This document shows positions 15,551-23,715 of a stretch of 37,516 nt of DNA, in pieces (position 1 is the first letter of the stretch; the number at the start of each line of letters is the position of its first letter). A program made the position numbers and the translations under genes. Below the pieces are notes generated by a model that saw only the letters and a program-made list of their open reading frames with translations, searched no databases and was not told the origin of the DNA. Source of the DNA: a virus (lineage: Duplodnaviria > Caudoviricetes); the IMG/VR virus record IMGVR_UViG_3300038393_000348, positions 1 to 37,516 of that record. The stretch is one strand, 5' to 3'.

Positions 15551-15586
15551 CGAAAGGCCCCTCCCGCCCGAAGGCAAGAGGGGCGC
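15551..15586 (-). terminator. Terminator of the late/lysis operon
   Basis: Minus strand GCCCCTCTTGCC-TTCG-GGCGGGAGGGGC followed by CTTTCG. Confidence 0.85.
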
Positions 15587-15600
15587 TGTCGTTGAGCGGG

Positions 15601-15720
15601 TCAGGCGGTGGCGCGGTCCCATGCGTCGAGCACGATGCCGACGAGGAGCAGGGCGAACCCGGCCGCCATCATGGCGAACATGCGGCGTAGGAACCGCAGG
15701 TCGCGGCTGGTGGCGGGCAT
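15601..15720 (-). CDS. Small membrane peptide (39 aa)
   Basis: MPATSRDLRFLRRMFAMMAAGFALLLVGIVLDAW; TGATG coupling. Confidence 0.6.
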   Translation of the reverse strand: MPATSRDLRFLRRMFAMMAAGFALLLVGIVLDAWDRATA

Positions 15721-15959
15721 CAGCCCGTCCCGTCCTCGTAGCCGTCCGAGCGCTCGTCGGCCCACACGATCCGGGTCGCGCCGCCGTGGCCGTGGATCGC
15801 TTCGACGTCGTCGACGCTGGGCCACACGACGGTGGACTGGCGCTCTCCCCGCCAGCGGATCACGGCTACACCGTCGGGGAACACGACGCCGTCGGCCACG
15901 ATGCCCGTGCCCGAGATCCCGGACACGTCGTGATCGCGGTGGAGCTGGAAGGTGCGCAT
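15720..15959 (-). CDS. Hypothetical phage protein
   Basis: F.L.R..DVSG.SGTG.VADGV.F.DG...RW...IHGHGG.TRIVW motif familiar from actinophages. Confidence 0.8.
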   Translation of the reverse strand: MRTFQLHRDHDVSGISGTGIVADGVVFPDGVAVIRWRGERQSTVVWPSVDDVEAIHGHGGATRIVWADERSDGYEDGTG

Positions 15960-16309
15960 CAGGCCTTGCCGAGGATGCGGTTCGTCTCGACCGGGGTGCC
16001 GTCAGGAAGCGGCGACGCGGGTGCGGCGACCTCACCGGTCGGGGATGCCGGGTCCAGGCGGGCGGTCGCGTCGTACGTTGGCGGCTTGGCTGCGCCGAGC
16101 AGCCAGCCGAACGCAGGGTTCACGTGCCGCTCCAGCCACGCCACGGCGGCGTAGTACAGGGCGATGCAGGCGGCGGTGAGTGCGGTCACCAGGCCCGCCT
16201 GCGTGTCCGGGTCGAGGTTGAAGCCCCGGGCGGCGAGCCAGCCGAGCAGGAGGCCGACGGCGCTGGGGACGACGGTGCGGATGATGGCGATGAGGGACTG
16301 GGCGAGCAT
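15959..16309 (-). CDS. Holin
   Basis: IRTVVP..VG, two TM helices, YY....LE.....GWLLG...P.Y; directly downstream of the endolysin. Confidence 0.78.
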   Translation of the reverse strand: MLAQSLIAIIRTVVPSAVGLLLGWLAARGFNLDPDTQAGLVTALTAACIALYYAAVAWLERHVNPAFGWLLGAAKPPTYDATARLDPASPTGEVAAPASPLPDGTPVETNRILGKA

Positions 16310-16312
16310 GGG

Positions 16313-17185
16313 TCAGGAGTCCTTTCCGAGTTCGAGCACGATGGCCTTGGCGAGGGCGTCGACATCGACGTCGGCCGTGGCGGGGAGCGCCGCCTTCACC
16401 GCAGCAGCGATGGCGGCCGGCGACTGAGCCGCGACAGCTGCCCGCAGAGCCCGCGTCTCCGCGAGGATCTTCTGCAGGTAGGAGTCGGCCTGCCAGACGT
16501 CAGAGCCGTCGGGTGAGGGGATGATGTCGGAGCGCCAGATGGTCTTGGCGTCGGCTTCGGTCAAGGGCATGTCGTCCTCCTGGGCGGTCGTGGTGGTAGT
16601 CGGGAAGCCTGGGGCGGCGATGTTGCGGTCGCACGAGCCGGGGATGCCAGGAACGGTGGCCGAGCTGGTGTGCTGCCACGCGACCCACGTCGACCATGGG
16701 GCGGGCGCTGGCGGTGGGGTGGAGCGGTAGTTCGCCAGCCACAGTGGGTATGCCGCGAGCGCCTTGCCGCCGCCAAGGTGCTGGGCCGCGAACGCCGAGT
16801 ACGTGTAGACGATCGGGCGGACGCCAGTCGCCTTGTGCACGGTGGTCAGCCAGTCGAGCGCGAACGCGACGGTGGCCGACGACGACAGTGCGGTGGACTC
16901 GAGGTCGAGCACGGGCGGCAGGTCGCCTGGCTGCTGCCGGTGGACGGACAGGAAGTGCGCCGCCTCCTGCGCCCCCGTGCGACCGGCCTGGGGGCGGGCG
17001 AAGTGGTACGCCCCGAGCGGCAGCCCTGCGGCCCCGGCCTTGGCGCGGAAGTCGGCGTACTCGGGATCGGTGTACGTCAGCCCTTCGGTCGCCTTGACGA
17101 ACACGAACGAGCAGCCGGCGGCCTTGGCCTTAGCGAGGTTCGCGCCGCGCTGGTGGTTGCTGATGTCGATGCCCCACGAGGTCAT
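16313..17185 (-). CDS. Endolysin, GH25 muramidase
   Basis: GIDISNHQ, FVFVKATEG, GAYHFA, VLDLE, LWLANY, WQHTS. Confidence 0.95.
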   Translation of the reverse strand: MTSWGIDISNHQRGANLAKAKAAGCSFVFVKATEGLTYTDPEYADFRAKAGAAGLPLGAYHFARPQAGRTGAQEAAHFLSVHRQQPGDLPPVLDLESTALSSSATVAFALDWLTTVHKATGVRPIVYTYSAFAAQHLGGGKALAAYPLWLANYRSTPPPAPAPWSTWVAWQHTSSATVPGIPGSCDRNIAAPGFPTTTTTAQEDDMPLTEADAKTIWRSDIIPSPDGSDVWQADSYLQKILAETRALRAAVAAQSPAAIAAAVKAALPATADVDVDALAKAIVLELGKDS

Positions 17186-17189
17186 GCGG

Positions 17190-17357
17190 TTAGGCCGCCT
17201 TCCACGTTCCGATGACGTGCCGCCGCAACGCCTCGATTTGCGCCTGCCAGCGTTGACCCTTGGCCCAGTCCGGGTGGCTTCGCCAACCGCACTCGCAGGT
17301 GACGACGCGGCGGCCTCGCTGGACGGCGGCCTCGAAAGCCGAGAATCCGTGCGCCAT
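17190..17357 (-). CDS. Small Zn-finger-like protein
   Basis: VTCECGW...RRH; TGATG coupling. Confidence 0.6.
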   Translation of the reverse strand: MAHGFSAFEAAVQRGRRVVTCECGWRSHPDWAKGQRWQAQIEALRRHVIGTWKAA

Positions 17358-17482
17358 CAGGTCGTCTCCATTTCGCTGTCCTCCACGTCGAGCCAGTAGT
17401 CGCGCTCGGCGCAGGATCCCCACACTTCGACGTGCATGGCGCAGTGGCATTCGGCCGGGCAGGAGCCGCAGCAGTCGGACAT
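17357..17482 (-). CDS. Cys-rich micro-protein (41 aa, not in ORF track)
   Basis: MSDCCGSCPAECHCAMHVEVWGSC...; TGATG coupling at both ends. Confidence 0.55.
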   Translation of the reverse strand: MSDCCGSCPAECHCAMHVEVWGSCAERDYWLDVEDSEMETT

Positions 17483-17706
17483 CAGATCTCCTGAAGGTCG
17501 ATGCCGAACTCGGCGATCACGTCGTCGAGCAGGTGACGCCGACGCTCCTCATAGGAGCAGCTGCCGTCGTCTTGGTAGACGGTCCAGCGGTGGTAGCAGT
17601 CGCGCAGAGTCGGGTCGTCTGGGTGACACAAGTAGCCCATATCCGAGGCGTAGCCCTCGTAGCGGCGCATCTCGCGGCCACAGGCAGCGCAAACATGGCT
17701 GGCCAT
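17482..17706 (-). CDS. Small Cys-containing protein
   Basis: CAACG...LCHP...DCYH; RBS GGAGG. Confidence 0.65.
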   Translation of the reverse strand: MASHVCAACGREMRRYEGYASDMGYLCHPDDPTLRDCYHRWTVYQDDGSCSYEERRRHLLDDVIAEFGIDLQEI

Positions 17707-17867
17707 CAGCGCCTCCGTTCCTTGAGATGAGTCAGCAGGACGTCGAGCTCTTCGACGACGGCCCACAGGGCTTGAGCGGCCTCGGCGTGGCCGCGGGAGT
17801 GCTGCTCGTAGGCGCGGGCGTGGAGCCGGTCGCGCAGCTCACGGATGAGGCAGGTGGCGAGGATCAC
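17706..17867 (-). CDS. Small helical protein (53 aa)
   Basis: GTGA overlap with the upstream membrane gene. Confidence 0.55.
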   Translation of the reverse strand: MILATCLIRELRDRLHARAYEQHSRGHAEAAQALWAVVEELDVLLTHLKERRR

Positions 17868-18172
17868 TGGCTGGAGCGCGCCTCGCGCTGGGCTCGCAGA
17901 TGGAGCCGGGTGCGGTTCGCCAGCTCGAATGCCAGCCAGCCGAACAGGGTGATCGACAGCACCACGCGCGTCCACCTGCCCGGGTCGGTGAACTGGAACA
18001 GCAGCGACAGCGAGAACGTCAGGGCCAGCCCGGTGGTGAACTTCATCAGGTGCCGGCCCTCGGGGGTGGCATACCAGCGCACGCGGGAGTAGAGGATCAC
18101 GAACAGCCAGCCGAGGACGGCGACGGCGCCCATCAGAACCTCGGCGAGGATCGTTGCGGCGGTGAGCAGCAT
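17864..18172 (-). CDS. Putative holin-like three-TM protein
   Basis: FVILYSRVRWYATPEGRHLM motif; three hydrophobic helices. Confidence 0.75.
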   Translation of the reverse strand: MLLTAATILAEVLMGAVAVLGWLFVILYSRVRWYATPEGRHLMKFTTGLALTFSLSLLFQFTDPGRWTRVVLSITLFGWLAFELANRTRLHLRAQREARSSQ

Positions 18173-18360
18173 CAGCGGCCTCCCAGGGCTTGGTGGATGC
18201 GGGGGCCGAGGTTGTTGCGGCGCAGGATCTCGCGATGGTCCCGGGCAGCCTCGGCAGCGTTCTCTGCAATGGCGCGGGCCACCTCGAGCTGCTTCTTTGC
18301 CTGCTCTTTACCTTCGCGGTCGGACGGGTTGCCCTTGTACTTGAACGGCCAGCGGATCAC
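18172..18360 (-). CDS. Small coiled-coil lysis-associated protein
   Basis: MIRWPF...RRNNLGPRIHQAL; lies between two membrane genes. Confidence 0.7.
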   Translation of the reverse strand: MIRWPFKYKGNPSDREGKEQAKKQLEVARAIAENAAEAARDHREILRRNNLGPRIHQALGGR

Positions 18361-18635
18361 GACTCATCGCCCGCCTTCTCGTCGGCACGCTTCTCCAGTT
18401 GGTGCAGCGCGTAGGAGGCGGTGTGCGCAGGCACAGCAAGATCCTGCGTGGCCTTGGTCAGGACGGTGATGGTCTGCCGTTGGAACGCGATGGTCTCGTT
18501 CTTGTCCTTGACGATCTCGGCGTGCTGGCTGCGGGTGAGCATTCGGCCGGTCGCGAGCATCCAGAACAGTCCGGCGAACATGCCGGCCGCGCCGGAGATG
18601 GACCACAGGACCGGTGGAACATCGGTCACGTCCAC
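18357..18635 (-). CDS. Single-TM membrane protein with coiled coil (lysis cassette)
   Basis: RBS GGGAG plus GTG; TM helix, then TGRMLTRSQH. Confidence 0.75.
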   Translation of the reverse strand: MDVTDVPPVLWSISGAAGMFAGLFWMLATGRMLTRSQHAEIVKDKNETIAFQRQTITVLTKATQDLAVPAHTASYALHQLEKRADEKAGDES

Positions 18636-18639
18636 GAGT

Positions 18640-18770
18640 ACTCCCTGCGGTGGGCGTCGAGTGGGCTGCAAGATCGGTGAAAGTGCTCATGCGCGACTCC
18701 CGGTCGTGCGGTTGAGTGATACCGGCTCCCGCGGTCTGCAGCCCTACCTGTGGCCGCGGGAGTCCTCCGT
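18640..18770 (-). promoter_or_regulatory. Structured leader of the lysis cassette
   Basis: One anti-SD segment is complementary to three sites, and the loop is complementary to a downstream site (see findings). Confidence 0.5.
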
Positions 18771-18796
18771 GGTGGTGAAGAAGCTGACGTTCTGGG

Positions 18797-20455
18797 TCAG
18801 GCGGTCGTCGAGTCGGTGATGATCCCGCGCTGTGCCAGTCCGGTCAGCAACGCGGCGAGGGCGGCATTTCCGCCTCGCGAGCCGGTCACGGTAAGACGGT
18901 TCGACTCGTCGACTAGGAACCGGGTGGTGACGTCGTCCGCGAGCGAGGTGGCCGCCGTCGTGTTACCGACATGCACGTTGCCCATCGACGTGAACCGGGA
19001 CAGGTTGGATCCGGTGCGGATACCGTGCGTCTGCGACGTTCCGGCCCCAGTGTTGCCGGTGGTGTTGCCGACAAACCTGAGCCCGACCGATGCCCCGACC
19101 GGGATGAAGTCGGAACCGATGCCGGTGTTGTCGGTGATGGTGCAGTCCACGACCGAGACGCGCGTGAACGGCTGGTCCGACAGGAACCCCTTGCCTGCGT
19201 TGCCGATGACGTCGACACCGAGGAACTTGACGTTACGGATCGAGCCCCCGGTTGCGGAGGAGAACCACACCCCGCGGGAGCCGTTGCCCTTGACGGTGCC
19301 GCCCGTGAACGTGGCGTTGGTTGCGTTGTTGAGGTAGATGCCGTCCGTTGTGTTCTGGTCGAACGAGCAGCCGATGTACTCGCCGCCGTCCTGCACCACC
19401 GTGGGGGTCGCCCTCGTGCTGATGATGAGCCCCTGGGTTGCGTTGCCGCGGAAGTCGCAGGCGACCATCTTGATTCGGCGTACGACTGCGGTGTCGGTGT
19501 TGGGCTCCACGTCCATGCCCGCCTGCGGAGCCGTGCCGGCGGTGTTGATGAAACGGCACGCAAACCCGAACAGCCCATCGACGGCAACCACAGACAGGCC
19601 CTGCCGCCAGTTCGCATCGCACGTCACCCGGTCGAGCACAACGTCGGAGGACATGCCAGATACGTCGTCTCCTACGTAGATCCCGTCGCCCTTGGCGTTC
19701 TTGGACACCAGGTCGCGCAGGGTGACCTTCGAGGAGTTGACGATGTGGATGTTGTGCCGCTGCTCTGTGGCAGTAGCGAATGAAGCCTTGTCGCCGTCGA
19801 TGGTGCCGCCCCAGATGCGGACGTTGCTCACGCCCGAGATCGGGAGGATGCGGTCGTTCACGCCGGGCATGGCGGACTTGATGGTGGCCCCGTTGAGGTC
19901 CAGGCGCGTCCCGGACGGTGGGGTGATGGCGACGGTCGAGCGAACAGTAGACCCTGCGGCGAGCTGGACCGCCTTGCCCGCGGCGGCGGCCGTGGTGAGC
20001 AGGGTGTTGAGCGCGGCCCCATCGTCGGCGGTGCCGTCACCCACCACGCCATGATCCGAGGCGAGCATGACGAGCGAGTCCTGCCGCGCCGGGGCCTTGC
20101 CGCCGACGAGCGCCGGTGCATATGCGCCATCCAGCGCGCCCCTGGTGGCCGACCCGGTGTCGTTGACGAGGGCTTGTACGGCGGCGTCCTCGGAGACGGT
20201 GAACGCCGCGGCAGCCTCGATCGCAGATGCCGCCGTGATGTGCTCGGACACCAGCCCGCCCGGCGACACGAAGTAGACGGTAGGCACGTCGGTGGTGGCG
20301 AATGAGACCATACCGTTTGCGTCCGACGTGACCGTGAACAGCAGCGCGTCCGTGGCTGCGTTGTAGACGCTGACCTGCCCGTTGCGCAGGGTCCGCATGG
20401 CGCCGCCGGGGTTGACGTCCCACACGAGCACGCGCTGAAACGAGTACGTCGCCAC
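18797..20455 (-). CDS. Tailspike / depolymerase, right-handed beta-helix
   Basis: DHGVVGDGTADDGAAL (pectate-lyase-3-like), repeated GDGIY, GMDVEPN, N...G rungs; RBS GGAGG plus GTG. Confidence 0.85.
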   Translation of the reverse strand: MATYSFQRVLVWDVNPGGAMRTLRNGQVSVYNAATDALLFTVTSDANGMVSFATTDVPTVYFVSPGGLVSEHITAASAIEAAAAFTVSEDAAVQALVNDTGSATRGALDGAYAPALVGGKAPARQDSLVMLASDHGVVGDGTADDGAALNTLLTTAAAAGKAVQLAAGSTVRSTVAITPPSGTRLDLNGATIKSAMPGVNDRILPISGVSNVRIWGGTIDGDKASFATATEQRHNIHIVNSSKVTLRDLVSKNAKGDGIYVGDDVSGMSSDVVLDRVTCDANWRQGLSVVAVDGLFGFACRFINTAGTAPQAGMDVEPNTDTAVVRRIKMVACDFRGNATQGLIISTRATPTVVQDGGEYIGCSFDQNTTDGIYLNNATNATFTGGTVKGNGSRGVWFSSATGGSIRNVKFLGVDVIGNAGKGFLSDQPFTRVSVVDCTITDNTGIGSDFIPVGASVGLRFVGNTTGNTGAGTSQTHGIRTGSNLSRFTSMGNVHVGNTTAATSLADDVTTRFLVDESNRLTVTGSRGGNAALAALLTGLAQRGIITDSTTA

Positions 20456-20507
20456 GGGCTGAACCTCCAAGGGGGTCGTACGAACGGACGATGTTGGGCG
20501 CCGGGAG

Positions 20508-20537
20508 TTGACGGGGTGTATTGCACCCGCGTACGTT
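20508..20537 (+). promoter_or_regulatory. SigA-type promoter with a palindromic operator in the spacer
   Basis: TTGACG-18nt-TACGTT; spacer contains GGGTGTATTGCACCC. Confidence 0.72.
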
Positions 20538-20545
20538 GGTAACCG

Positions 20546-20695
20546 ATGGCAAACCAACCGAAGACGCCGACCCGCTCAGTGCGGATACCGGACGACGAGT
20601 GGGACGCGATCAGGTCAGCAGCAGCAGCCCGTGGGGTGACCGCCTCGGACGTGATCCGGGCCGCGGTCAGGAAAGACTTGGAGGGGACAGAATGA
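20546..20695 (+). CDS. Ribbon-helix-helix protein (49 aa, not in ORF track)
   Basis: MANQPKTPTRSVRIPDDEWDAIRSAAAARGVTASDVIRAAVRKDL; probably leaderless. Confidence 0.85.
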   Translation: MANQPKTPTRSVRIPDDEWDAIRSAAAARGVTASDVIRAAVRKDLEGTE

Positions 20696-21102
20696 AGAAG
20701 CTCGTTATGCCGCTCATCGCGGCGGTGGCAGTGCTGGGTGTCGTCGGAGGATTCTTCGTCGCCCGGATCGTGTTCACCACGCCGCAGGCCCAGCCCGACA
20801 GGCAGGTGCAGTTCGTGCAGCCCGCCGCCGAGACGGTCGAGCCAACGACCACGCCCGCGCCAGTCGCGACGACGGCCGCGCCGAAGCCTGCGCCGGTACA
20901 ATCGACCACGAGCGCGCCCGCGCCGAAGAAGGTTCAGCAGAAGGTGGCCACCGTGACCGAGCCGACCAGCACCGCGCCGACCAAGACGGTTCCCGCGCCG
21001 GACGACCCGATCCGTCAGACCGCGCCGCCGCCCGTGCCCGGCAACATCGTTCCCGGCCAGCCGCTCAACGCGAACCCGTCACCCACCACCGCGACGCTCT
21101 GA
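20692..21102 (+). CDS. Membrane-anchored Pro/Thr-rich protein (moron cargo)
   Basis: RBS GGAGGGG, ATGA coupling; MKK plus TM helix plus P/T/A-rich ectodomain. Confidence 0.8.
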   Translation: MKKLVMPLIAAVAVLGVVGGFFVARIVFTTPQAQPDRQVQFVQPAAETVEPTTTPAPVATTAAPKPAPVQSTTSAPAPKKVQQKVATVTEPTSTAPTKTVPAPDDPIRQTAPPPVPGNIVPGQPLNANPSPTTATL

Positions 21103-21106
21103 GGAA

Positions 21107-21772
21107 TCAGCGGGTCCAGATGATCTGCCCCGACACGTCCGCGATGTTCCCGGCATTCGCCGCCCAGTTCGCGAACGACGTCCACGCCTGCACCTGAAGG
21201 CGGATCTCTTGACCATCAGTCAGGCCCTCGACCTTGATGCTGATGGGCGAGTCGTTCTTGCCCGACCCGCTGCTGCCCGACACCGCGACCGGCATCGCAT
21301 TGCCGTATCCCTGCGCCCCGGTTGAAGGGATGTAGACCCGCGACCGGGCTTGCAGGTAGTCGAGCCCAGCGGTGTTGTTGTAGGCGAAGACACGCCCCAC
21401 GATGAGGATGTCGGCGGTGGTGAACCCGTCCGGCGTGAACCACGACTGTGACGCGAGAGGCGTAGCCCCAACGGTGTCAAGGCTGAAGCCCGACGTTGCC
21501 GTGTAGGCGGAGTCGCCTCGCACCGGGTTGGTGAGTGCATCGTTGCCGATGATGCCGCCGCGCAGCGTAAGGTCGTTGAACTCGGCGTTGCCGTCCGAGC
21601 CGAACGAGTAGCCCGACGTGCCGGCTACGAAGTTGTCCGAGTCGATGCCGCCCTCGCCGTTGGGGTGCATCCCGGTGCCGAAGAACGGGGAGCGGTTCAG
21701 TAGCGCCCTGGCGTTGGCGCGGTCCTTGCGGATCTCGCCGGTCAGGGTGCGCGCACGCACAGGCTTGCCCAT
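21107..21772 (-). CDS. Minor tail protein
   Basis: Position in the tail module; SDNFVAGTSG....DGNAEFN...RG motif; beta-rich C-terminus. Confidence 0.8.
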   Translation of the reverse strand: MGKPVRARTLTGEIRKDRANARALLNRSPFFGTGMHPNGEGGIDSDNFVAGTSGYSFGSDGNAEFNDLTLRGGIIGNDALTNPVRGDSAYTATSGFSLDTVGATPLASQSWFTPDGFTTADILIVGRVFAYNNTAGLDYLQARSRVYIPSTGAQGYGNAMPVAVSGSSGSGKNDSPISIKVEGLTDGQEIRLQVQAWTSFANWAANAGNIADVSGQIIWTR

Positions 21773-22965
21773 CACACCTCCAGCACGGTGGTGACGACCC
21801 ACTCAACCTGAGGGGTGCCGTCGTCGGGGACGTGGACGATGGTGTCGACGAGGCGCGCGTCGAACCCGTCCGCACCGCCGACGGGCCGGTCGCCGCCGTA
21901 CTCGTCGGTGTCGAGCACCACCCCGACCGTCGAGCCTCGCGGGGTCTGCGTCCAGTCGGCCGTCAGGTCGCCGTCGAACGACACGAGGTGGTAGTCCGTG
22001 GCTATGCCTGCACGGTCCGCCAGAGCGGCGTCCGCGTGCCGCTGCAACGTCGCGTCCACCGACACATCGGTGTGCGAGGTGTCCACGTACGTCATACGCG
22101 GCCATCCCTGCGCCAGCAGCGTCGTCGCCGTGGCCGTCTTACGCTTCTGCGCCTTCTCCTCACCAGAGCCGACGGCCTCGGCGTAGGTGGCCGCGTTCGC
22201 CACGTCCTGCACGCGCCCCTGGTCGATCAGGTTGCCGCCAGCTCGCCGCGTCGGGACCAGCTGCGGGTCGCCGAGATACAACGACGACAGCAGCGCGACC
22301 GTGGGCGGCGGGTCCGGCAGCCGGTAGTCCTCGGTGTCCTCCACGAACTCGAGGACGGTCTGCGCGGTGATGTGCCCGAGCCTGTCGCCAAGGACGAGCT
22401 GGCGCACTGGGTTGTCGAGCGTGCCAGCCGCGCCGAAGTACCACTCCGGGCCGCCCGTCGCCTCGGCCAGCGACCGGAACTCGCGGCCCACGGTGGTGGT
22501 GTCCCACGCGTTGATGACGCGCGTCGAGACGCTGGCGCCCGAGGTGGACGGGTCGACCTGCACCTGCAAGTTCTGCCCAGCCACCGCCTGCGCCTCAGTC
22601 ACGAGGTCGCGGAAGATCTGGTGGTCGTTGACGTTCGTCCACGTGCGCGCCGGCTGGTCGCACTTGTCCTCGAAGAACCCGCCCCACTCCTGGCACGTGA
22701 ACTGGAACGTGCGAGGGGCGGTCTTGCGATCCGTCCGCACCCACCCCGACCACACCGGCACCCCGTCGCGGGCGATCAGGATGCCAGACACGGGCAGGCC
22801 GATGGATGGCCGCCAGAACGACCGGCCGGGCTCGACCGTCGCCTCGAATGACGCCTCGCCGTGGTCCGACAGTGGCAGAGAGAACGACAACCCGCGGGCG
22901 GGGATGAGCTCCTCGACGATGTGCGGATCGTCCCACCGGGTGGCGTAGACCTCGTACCGGGGCAC
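21772..22965 (-). CDS. Tail hub / Tal-like minor tail protein
   Basis: Position after Dit; RDGVPVWSG, GGPEW, GWP motifs. Confidence 0.8.
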   Translation of the reverse strand: MPRYEVYATRWDDPHIVEELIPARGLSFSLPLSDHGEASFEATVEPGRSFWRPSIGLPVSGILIARDGVPVWSGWVRTDRKTAPRTFQFTCQEWGGFFEDKCDQPARTWTNVNDHQIFRDLVTEAQAVAGQNLQVQVDPSTSGASVSTRVINAWDTTTVGREFRSLAEATGGPEWYFGAAGTLDNPVRQLVLGDRLGHITAQTVLEFVEDTEDYRLPDPPPTVALLSSLYLGDPQLVPTRRAGGNLIDQGRVQDVANAATYAEAVGSGEEKAQKRKTATATTLLAQGWPRMTYVDTSHTDVSVDATLQRHADAALADRAGIATDYHLVSFDGDLTADWTQTPRGSTVGVVLDTDEYGGDRPVGGADGFDARLVDTIVHVPDDGTPQVEWVVTTVLEV

Positions 22966-22968
22966 GGG

Positions 22969-23715
22969 TTACCTGCTGCCGTAGGCGAACCAGCGCACGC
23001 TGACGGTGGTGGTGTTGTTGCGCACACAGTTGGCGGTGAACCCGCTCGCGGACTCACCCGACGGCCAGACGCTCTGCGTGGTGGAGGACAAGGTCATGCC
23101 CGTCAGCACCTGCAGCAGGATGGTCGGGGTGGACGTGAACGGCACCGGGAACGTCACCGCCTGCGCGCGCTGGTTCGTCGCGTCGCCCGCGAGCGACACG
23201 GTGCCGGTCTGCATGTACGGGACGCCGAACAGGTCGGTGGGCACGATCAGGCTGTCGATCTTCGCAGCCGGGATCGTGGTCGCCGACGCCGCGTGCCGCA
23301 GCCGCGCGAGTGGGATCGCGGACGTGGGCACGGTCGGGTCGGTCGGGGACGCGTTCGGAGTGCCGATGATCGCGCGGATGCCGCCGGACGCGGTCGGCAG
23401 CGCAGACAGGGTGGCGAGGTCGTAGACGATGATGTCGTTGCGGGGCAGCCCGCCCACAGGGTTGGCCGTCAGCACGTCGTAGGTGAGGTCGGTGTCCAGC
23501 GCCACCAGCGACGCGCCGTCGAGCGTGGCAGCCTGCACCACGCCAGCGCCAGCCGCGACCACGACCGACGCCGACGCAGTCGTGGTCTGCGCCACGGACA
23601 GCCCCGACAGGACACCCGTCTTCGCCTTACCTGCTGTGTTCGCCAACACCCACGCGAGTGCCTTCTTCTGGCTGCCCTCGTCGTTGGCGGCGTTGTGGTA
23701 CTCGAACTGGCTCAC
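22969..23715 (-). CDS. Minor tail protein with a C-terminal H-lectin/gp53-like domain
   Basis: PRNDII, G.P...P..P..P..AIPLA; QTGTV...VTFP.PFTSTP...SGFT. Confidence 0.78.
   Translation of the reverse strand: MSQFEYHNAANDEGSQKKALAWVLANTAGKAKTGVLSGLSVAQTTTASASVVVAAGAGVVQAATLDGASLVALDTDLTYDVLTANPVGGLPRNDIIVYDLATLSALPTASGGIRAIIGTPNASPTDPTVPTSAIPLARLRHAASATTIPAAKIDSLIVPTDLFGVPYMQTGTVSLAGDATNQRAQAVTFPVPFTSTPTILLQVLTGMTLSSTTQSVWPSGESASGFTANCVRNNTTTVSVRWFAYGSR

Noticed and set aside
18364-18690. Rz1-like nested lysis protein
   Set aside because: Beyond about 20 codons it is a typical Arg/His-rich shadow frame with no lipobox or signal peptide; kept only as a possible regulatory uORF
20738-20956. Overprinted gene in the second Pro/Thr-rich protein
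   Set aside because: The main frame has normal GC-ending codons; the alternative frame is low-complexity Arg/Ser/Pro with no protein-like segment
18797-23715. Diversity-generating retroelement or invertible tail-fibre switch
   Set aside because: No reverse transcriptase, invertase or duplicated tail segment seen by eye; a self-dotplot would confirm
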